From assembly GCA_963761675.1 (NCBI GenBank), contig CAVXIA010000001.1, positions 169,387 to 209,386 on the forward strand: 40,000 bases of DNA, read 5' to 3'. This document shows, piece by piece, positions 35,790 through 40,000 of the stretch. The stretch is from an uncultured Conexibacteraceae bacterium. Its GTDB lineage: Bacteria; Actinomycetota; Thermoleophilia; Solirubrobacterales; Solirubrobacteraceae. Each line of letters begins with the position of its first letter. The first letter of the stretch is position 1. Under the pieces are notes generated by a model that ran no database searches, was not told the DNA's origin, and was given only the letters and a program-made list of their open reading frames with translations. The translations under genes were made by a program, and so were the position numbers.

Positions 35790-36236
35790 TTAGCCCGCGT
35801 ACGCTTTGAATAGAAGCCTGGTAGTGCGATCGCCTTGCACCCTCACGCGACGCCGATCGGTGGCTGTCGCTGCTCGGTGCCTTGACGTCCAGAGCAGCAC
35901 GACCTCGTACTCGCCGGGCTTGACGTGCATTGCGAATCGTCCGTGCCGGATCCGGGCCCGAGCGATCAGCGTTCCTTGCGGTTTCTCTATGCCGGCCTCG
36001 TCAAGCGTGCTGCAGACGTTGTCGGTGCAGCCGGACCATCTGCCGGTGACTACGTGACAGGAGCCGCGCTGGCCGACCGGTCCACCGCAGAGCACGACTT
36101 CTCCTTGAACTATCCCGGCCGCTCGCTGCTGCGATCCGCGTGTTGTTGCCGACGAACGCGTTTGTGCAGCTGCCGACGCCGCCAGAGAAGCCAACGCGGC
36201 TACGGCAAAGACCATGACTAGCGAGCGATTACGCAT
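35790..36236 (-). CDS. Secreted Cys-containing protein, paralog-like to 28940..29344 (cassette 10)
   Basis: It has the signal peptide MRNRSLVMVFAVAALASLAASAAAQ. The shared pattern is LCGGPVGQRGSC ... GRFAMHVKPGEYEVVL. Confidence 0.55.
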   Translation of the reverse strand: MRNRSLVMVFAVAALASLAASAAAQTRSSATTRGSQQRAAGIVQGEVVLCGGPVGQRGSCHVVTGRWSGCTDNVCSTLDEAGIEKPQGTLIARARIRHGRFAMHVKPGEYEVVLLWTSRHRAATATDRRRVRVQGDRTTRLLFKAYAG

Positions 36237-36290
36237 GCTCTCAACCTACGCCGCTTAGCCAACTTCGTCACGCGTATCCCTGGTTCCTGA

Positions 36291-36323
36291 GCGCTCCCGG
36301 CTTGATCGACAAGAAGCAGGCCA
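36291..36323. repeat. Cassette-boundary site, copy 11 (last; 12 nt from the relaxase stop)
   Basis: GCGCTCCCGGCTT GATCGAC AAGAAGCAGGCCA. Confidence 0.7.
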
Positions 36324-36334
36324 TGGCCGAGGTT

Positions 36335-37324
36335 TCAGCGGTCGATGCCGCTCTCGCGTGCTGGGGATGCCGTGTGGGGCTCTGCGGCTGCGGCACCGTG
36401 CTGAAGGTCGAGGTCCTTCTCCCACTGTGGTCGGGGGTCATATTCGGCTGCCAACGGTGGGCGGGCCGGGGCAGCGGCAGCGTTGCTTCTGATGGTGGCC
36501 AGTAGGTGGCTCTCTTTCCAGCCGACCTCGGTGCCCCTGAGCCAGACGTCAGGTCGGTCGAGTTCAGCGAAGCTGATGCCACGTCGTCCTTGCCGGTGTT
36601 CGGTTTGTCGCCAGAGAACGCCTCGTGCTTTGAGTTCTGTTGGGAGCTGGTCAACGCTGATCACGGTGCTCGCCGCCGCACCGATCTTGTTGTGCAACCG
36701 CTTGTAGCGGCCGGTCAGCGGCCGCGACTTGATCCCTCGGGCACGCTCGGCCTTTGGTAGGTGCCGTTGCTGGCCCTGCAGCTCGGTGAGACCGAGGTCG
36801 GCTGTGATCCGCGCACAGGCAGCCTGGGCACGGCTGTAATCACGATGGGTGGATGCGAGCTTGCCGTCCGGTTTGACGATGTTGACGACGAGGTGCAGGT
36901 GCGGGTTGCTGTATCTCCGGTCATGCCGGATCGCTGCCCACTCGCAACGATCGAGTTCCATCTGCTGTACGAACCTGTGCGCAAGTTCCGCGGCCATCAA
37001 GTCATTGACCGGCTCGTCTGTTGGCAGGCCCAACGAGCAGTGCCACACGTGACCGTCACGGGTACCGACCCGGTTCCCGGCCCTGTCCTTTACGGGTATC
37101 GGTGCCTTGCGGCCTGACTCTCGGTGTGGCGCGTCCAGCAGTGCCGAGAACTCCCGTCGCGGGCCCGGGGTCTGGATCGACGTGACCTTGTAGCCGGTAC
37201 GGAGCTGCACGCTCGCCGATCCAGTGATGATCCGCGCCCGGACATGCTCGTTGTGGTTGCCTTTGCCGCCCAAATACCCGACCAGGCCGGCCATGTTCCC
37301 GCCGCGAGTGATGTTCGGGATCAA
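36335..37324 (-). CDS. MobA/VirD2-family relaxase
   Basis: It has the N-terminus (M)IPNITRGGNMAGLVGYL and the His-triad region AAIRHDRRYSNPHLHLVVN. The TTG start overlaps the mobC stop (TTGA). Confidence 0.9.
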   Translation of the reverse strand: MIPNITRGGNMAGLVGYLGGKGNHNEHVRARIITGSASVQLRTGYKVTSIQTPGPRREFSALLDAPHRESGRKAPIPVKDRAGNRVGTRDGHVWHCSLGLPTDEPVNDLMAAELAHRFVQQMELDRCEWAAIRHDRRYSNPHLHLVVNIVKPDGKLASTHRDYSRAQAACARITADLGLTELQGQQRHLPKAERARGIKSRPLTGRYKRLHNKIGAAASTVISVDQLPTELKARGVLWRQTEHRQGRRGISFAELDRPDVWLRGTEVGWKESHLLATIRSNAAAAPARPPLAAEYDPRPQWEKDLDLQHGAAAAEPHTASPARESGIDR

Positions 37325-37725
37325 CGCCTGCGCCTCCCCAGACCCGCCGCAGCATCCTGGACTGCTTGATGCGCGAGCGCCAAGCCACGCAGCAACTCAC
37401 GTCCCTGTTTGGCGAGCGCGTCAAGGTCACCGTTCTGTGAGTTGTGCGCGACGCGCACGAGCTGGTTTACGTTGTTCCCGATCCTCGCCAGCTCACGACG
37501 CGCCTCGACCAACTCGGCCGCGGCAGCACTGTCAACCGCGCCGCTGGAATCTCCCGGGTTCTGCAACACGGCGTCAACCATCATGCGTTGGATCGAGACA
37601 CCACTCTCCGCAGCCCGCTTGCGTAGCTCGAGCAGCTCGTCATCAGAGACCCGCAAATCAACCCGACGGTTACGCGGCACCGCGGCGCGAGGCCGGCGCC
37701 GGCCCGAGCGAACAGGCCCCGTCAT
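37321..37725 (-). CDS. mobC: MobC-family relaxosome accessory protein
   Basis: RVSDDELLELRKRAAESGVSIQRMM ... ELARIGNNVNQLVRVAH is the characteristic MobC pattern. Confidence 0.85.
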   Translation of the reverse strand: MTGPVRSGRRRPRAAVPRNRRVDLRVSDDELLELRKRAAESGVSIQRMMVDAVLQNPGDSSGAVDSAAAAELVEARRELARIGNNVNQLVRVAHNSQNGDLDALAKQGRELLRGLALAHQAVQDAAAGLGRRRR

Positions 37726-37764
37726 ACGTGACCGCCAGGGTGTGGGTTCCGCGAAGCGGCGAGC

Positions 37765-37805
37765 GGTAATGCCAGGCAGAGGCGCAGCCGAATCCTGGCA
37801 TTACC
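37765..37805. other. Candidate oriT: perfect 12-bp inverted repeat
   Basis: GGTAATGCCAGG (37765-37776), a 17-nt spacer, then CCTGGCATTACC (37794-37805). It lies in the 120-bp gap immediately upstream of mobC. Confidence 0.4.
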
Positions 37806-37846
37806 TTTAGCTCGCTCCACCCCAAGCGCACACATCACTCAGACGC

Positions 37847-38581
37847 TCAACCGACAGTCCACTCAGCCCGCTCACCCGGATCCTCAGCCAGATGGTCGGC
37901 GACCATGAGCAGCTCATCGCCGACGTCACGAAACGCCTGCGCGACAGCCAGGATGTCAGCCCCCTCCCCCGCCGCCACGAGCGCCTCGAACGCCATGTCG
38001 AACCGGTCCCACAAACCCTCACGCGCAGGACGGTTTCCACCCGGCCGGAGCTCATACGGCAAACGATCAGGCCGCCACCCAGCCCCGCCCGCCCAGCCCG
38101 TGTTGGTCGTGCGACCCGCATGAAACACAGTCGAGGCGACATGCTCAAACCCGCCGGCGATCGCACGCAACCGCTCCACATAACCCGTGCTCGGCGGCGC
38201 CAATGAACTGACCCTGATCCCCGCAGAGAGACTTCCGCTCGCATGGTCAACCAGCTCCTTCACGCTCTCATGCGTCCCGGCCGGCGTCGGTAACCCTTGT
38301 AGCGTCAGCTCGTCCCTGACGGGCACATCCGGCTCATCGCCTGAGGAGACCGACGGCTCAGGGCCTGGAACCTTCCTCTCAGGAGCAGGGTTGACCGCGG
38401 CGAGCATCCGCTCCACCTCAGACCGGCGAACAATCAACTTGCGCATACCCGCCCGCGATGCCTGCAACTGCCCCTTGCTCACCCACAACCTGACCGTCGC
38501 CGGGTTCACCCGCAACTCCTCGGCGATCTCCGCCAACGTCATGAACGGATCATCCTGCGATCCAAAGCTTTCGGTGCTCAT
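37847..38581 (-). CDS. Excisionase/MerR-type HTH domain protein with an uncharacterised C-terminal domain
   Basis: The N-terminal MTLAEIAEELRVNPATVRLWVSKGQL is an excisionase-family HTH. The remaining ~190 aa are unassigned. Alternative starts are 38590 (GTG) and 38542 (ATG). Confidence 0.7.
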   Translation of the reverse strand: MSTESFGSQDDPFMTLAEIAEELRVNPATVRLWVSKGQLQASRAGMRKLIVRRSEVERMLAAVNPAPERKVPGPEPSVSSGDEPDVPVRDELTLQGLPTPAGTHESVKELVDHASGSLSAGIRVSSLAPPSTGYVERLRAIAGGFEHVASTVFHAGRTTNTGWAGGAGWRPDRLPYELRPGGNRPAREGLWDRFDMAFEALVAAGEGADILAVAQAFRDVGDELLMVADHLAEDPGERAEWTVG

Positions 38582-38591
38582 ACAAGCCACC

Positions 38592-38619
38592 TTAGCGCAA
38601 TCAGAGCAATCTGTATACT
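38592..38619 (+). promoter_or_regulatory. Possible sigma-70-like promoter for xis
   Basis: TTAGCG (38592-38597), a 16-nt spacer, then TATACT (38614-38619), within a locally AT-richer divergent intergenic region. Confidence 0.3.
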
Positions 38620-38650
38620 TTGGTATGTGGGAATCACACGCGAAGACGTA

Positions 38651-38818
38651 ATGACCGTCAACGACGTAGCCGCACTCCTCGAGCTCAAGCCCTACACCGT
38701 CAAGGAATACGCACGCCGAGGCATCCTCCCCGGCCGCAAACTCGGCCGCACCTGGCGATTCCTACGACCCGAACTCGAAGACGCACTCCAACGCCTCCCA
38801 CACGCCGGAGCGAGCTGA
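38651..38818 (+). CDS. xis: Excisionase-family DNA-binding protein (Xis-like)
   Basis: MTVNDVAALLELKPYTVKEYARRGILPGRKLGRTWRF matches the helix-turn-helix_17/excisionase pattern. ATG 38651 is preferred over GTG 38627. Confidence 0.75.
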   Translation: MTVNDVAALLELKPYTVKEYARRGILPGRKLGRTWRFLRPELEDALQRLPHAGAS

Positions 38819-38819
38819 T

Positions 38820-39986
38820 TCACGAGGCGACAGCCGAGTCGGAGGCCGCAGACGCCTCTGTGAGACGAAAGGCCTCAGCCACCAACAGCGCGTCCTCGGC
38901 ACGCGGCGCATAGTGGAGGTACTTCATCGTGGTCTGGACGTCAGCGTGTCCCATCCATTCTTGGACCCGGCGGATATCGGCTTTGCCGATCATGCGCGTG
39001 CCGAACGTGTGGCGCAGATCGTGGAAGCGGAGTCGGCGCAGGCCGGCGCGCTTCAAGGCGTCCACGTAGCGCCGGCGCAGTGCCGAGCCGTCCAGGTAGC
39101 TACCGAGCCCGCCGGGGAACACCAGGTCGTCGTCGCTCACGAACTCATCGCGCTCCGCCAGTCGCGCCAATGCGGTCGCCACATCAGGGGCCATCGGCAC
39201 CGCACGCACCTTCCCGGACTTCGGCGTGGTCAGTTCCCCGCCGGCGTAGCTCGCTCGGACACGAACGGTCGAGCCGGCAAAGTCGACGTCACGCCAGCGC
39301 AGCGCCAGCAGCTCGCCCATCCGCAGGCCCGTGAACGCTGCCGTCAGGTAGATCGCTGCGTCCTGCTCAGAGGCGGCAGCCCTTACCAGCGCCCACACCT
39401 CCTCCGGGGAGAACACCTCGATGTCTCCGGAGCGCCGCTGGGGCGAGCGCTCGACCTCGGCGGCGGCATTGCTCGCAAGCCGGTAGACCTTCTTCGCGCG
39501 ACCGAGGATCCCGTGCAGCTGGATCAACAACTTGTTTCGCGTCCTGGCCGAGCCGCCAAAGCTGATCACCCAGCGCTCAATCACCTCGGGCGTCACGGCC
39601 TCGACCGGCATCGAGCCAAATGCCGGAAGCAGATGCGCGCGGATCGCGGAGCGGTAGCCCTTCACCGTCGAGGGCTTACAGAGGCGATCCTGCTCTGCGT
39701 AGCGCAGATACTCGGCCGCAGCGTCAGCGAACGTAGCCCCGGTGCGGACCAGCCCCGGAAGCGTTCCGCGCCGGGCCTCGTCGAGGAGATCCCGCAGCCA
39801 GTCCTCCGCGAGCCGTTTGGTGAAGTACCCGGCGGGCGGCCTACCTCGCTCGCTCCAGGCCGGCCCGATCTTCTTCTGCGCCTGACGCCCATCGGGCAAC
39901 CGGAATTTGGCGTACCAGACCGCGCCTCTCGAGCGATCGACTCGGAAGACGTGTCCGGTGGGCGGCCTGAGCGTCGTCATTAGCAA
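38820..39986 (-). CDS. int: Site-specific tyrosine integrase (full length)
   Basis: 388 aa. It has an N-terminal arm-type/SAM-like domain and catalytic residues in FTGLRMGE (Arg), FHDLRHTFGT (HxxR) and MGHADVQTTMKYLH (His/Tyr). Confidence 0.9.
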   Translation of the reverse strand: MLMTTLRPPTGHVFRVDRSRGAVWYAKFRLPDGRQAQKKIGPAWSERGRPPAGYFTKRLAEDWLRDLLDEARRGTLPGLVRTGATFADAAAEYLRYAEQDRLCKPSTVKGYRSAIRAHLLPAFGSMPVEAVTPEVIERWVISFGGSARTRNKLLIQLHGILGRAKKVYRLASNAAAEVERSPQRRSGDIEVFSPEEVWALVRAAASEQDAAIYLTAAFTGLRMGELLALRWRDVDFAGSTVRVRASYAGGELTTPKSGKVRAVPMAPDVATALARLAERDEFVSDDDLVFPGGLGSYLDGSALRRRYVDALKRAGLRRLRFHDLRHTFGTRMIGKADIRRVQEWMGHADVQTTMKYLHYAPRAEDALLVAEAFRLTEASAASDSAVAS

Positions 39987-40000
39987 CAGATGGTAGGCCA

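Larger units (their letters stand above)
36335..40000 (-). mobile_element. Integration/mobilisation module of an integrative mobilisable element (right end beyond window)
   Basis: It contains contiguous relaxase, MobC, an inverted-repeat oriT candidate, an HTH protein, Xis and an integrase. No conjugative T4SS or coupling protein genes are in the window. Confidence 0.6.

Noticed and set aside
25397-36323. Calling the array a classical integron.
   Set aside because: The adjacent recombinase shows no IntI-specific extra domain that I can recognise. The sites are ~33 bp without R''/R' (RYYYAAC/GTTRRRY) ends. Cassettes mostly point toward, not away from, that recombinase. The region is therefore described as integron-like or dif-module-like only.
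31136-37597. Additional GATCGA(C/G) occurrences inside ORFs (31136-31142 in the esterase, 36949-36955 in the relaxase with nearby GCTGCC...CGCAAC, 37591-37597 in mobC) as further array sites.
   Set aside because: GATCGA is common in this GC-rich DNA. These copies lack the contiguous 13-bp arms and lie within conserved coding motifs, so the resemblance is probably fortuitous.
269-39983. Many long ORFs antisense to, or out of frame with, the called genes. Examples are 115..861, 269..1336, 3713..5197, 5775..6518, 7046..7981, 17275..18366, 18813..20012, 17994..19097, 24234..24977, 26588..27709, 29965..30750 and 38913..39983.
   Set aside because: These are typical high-GC shadow ORFs. They are Arg/Pro/Ala/Gly-rich with no recognisable motifs, and each overlaps a gene that has clear family signatures on the other strand or frame.

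Overview
High-GC, Actinobacteria-like chromosomal segment with dense, GC3-biased coding. I recognised no rRNA, tRNA or CRISPR. The window has two parts.

**1-25.3 kb, mostly chromosomal functions:**
- A sugar-nucleotide operon tail (wecB-like epimerase plus a Gfo/Idh/MocA oxidoreductase) and pepT.
- A secreted S53 sedolisin-type peptidase, frameshifted inside a 15-bp tandem repeat.
- tag, followed by a decayed beta-propeller gene remnant.
- An arsenic island: divergent arsR-arsM, and arsC - metallophosphoesterase - arsD - arsA - MIP channel - CoA-disulfide-reductase-like flavoprotein. No ArsB/Acr3 pump is present.
- A DHA2 MFS transporter.
- A tightly coupled 7-gene operon: an ArsR/SmtB regulator plus a six-subunit group-4 [NiFe]-hydrogenase/complex-I-like module, resembling M. 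tuberculosis Rv0081-Rv0087.
- A PAP2 phosphatase.

**25.3-40 kb, a mosaic mobile island:**
- An N-terminally short tyrosine recombinase abutting an IS1634-family element.
- About 8 kb (28.2-36.3 kb) of single-gene units.
- A mobilisation/integration module: relaxase, MobC, candidate oriT, HTH protein, Xis and integrase.

**Headline observation:** nearly every intergenic boundary between 28.2 and 36.3 kb carries the same ~33-bp imperfect palindrome, consensus CCGCTGCCGCAAT-GATCGAC-ATTGCGGCAGCGG. This is a 13-7-13 layout like lox/FRT/dif-type tyrosine-recombinase sites. The copies split the region into ten cassette-like units:
1. hypothetical protein
2. lipoprotein
3. orphan Clp N-domain protein
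4. esterase
5. secreted protein
6. GntR regulator plus a membrane protein
7. GNAT acetyltransferase
8. APH-like kinase
9. vapBC
10. secreted paralog of unit 2

This looks like an integron-like or dif-module-like cassette array that is not a classical integron. I could not find the motif in the intergenic DNA of the first 25 kb.
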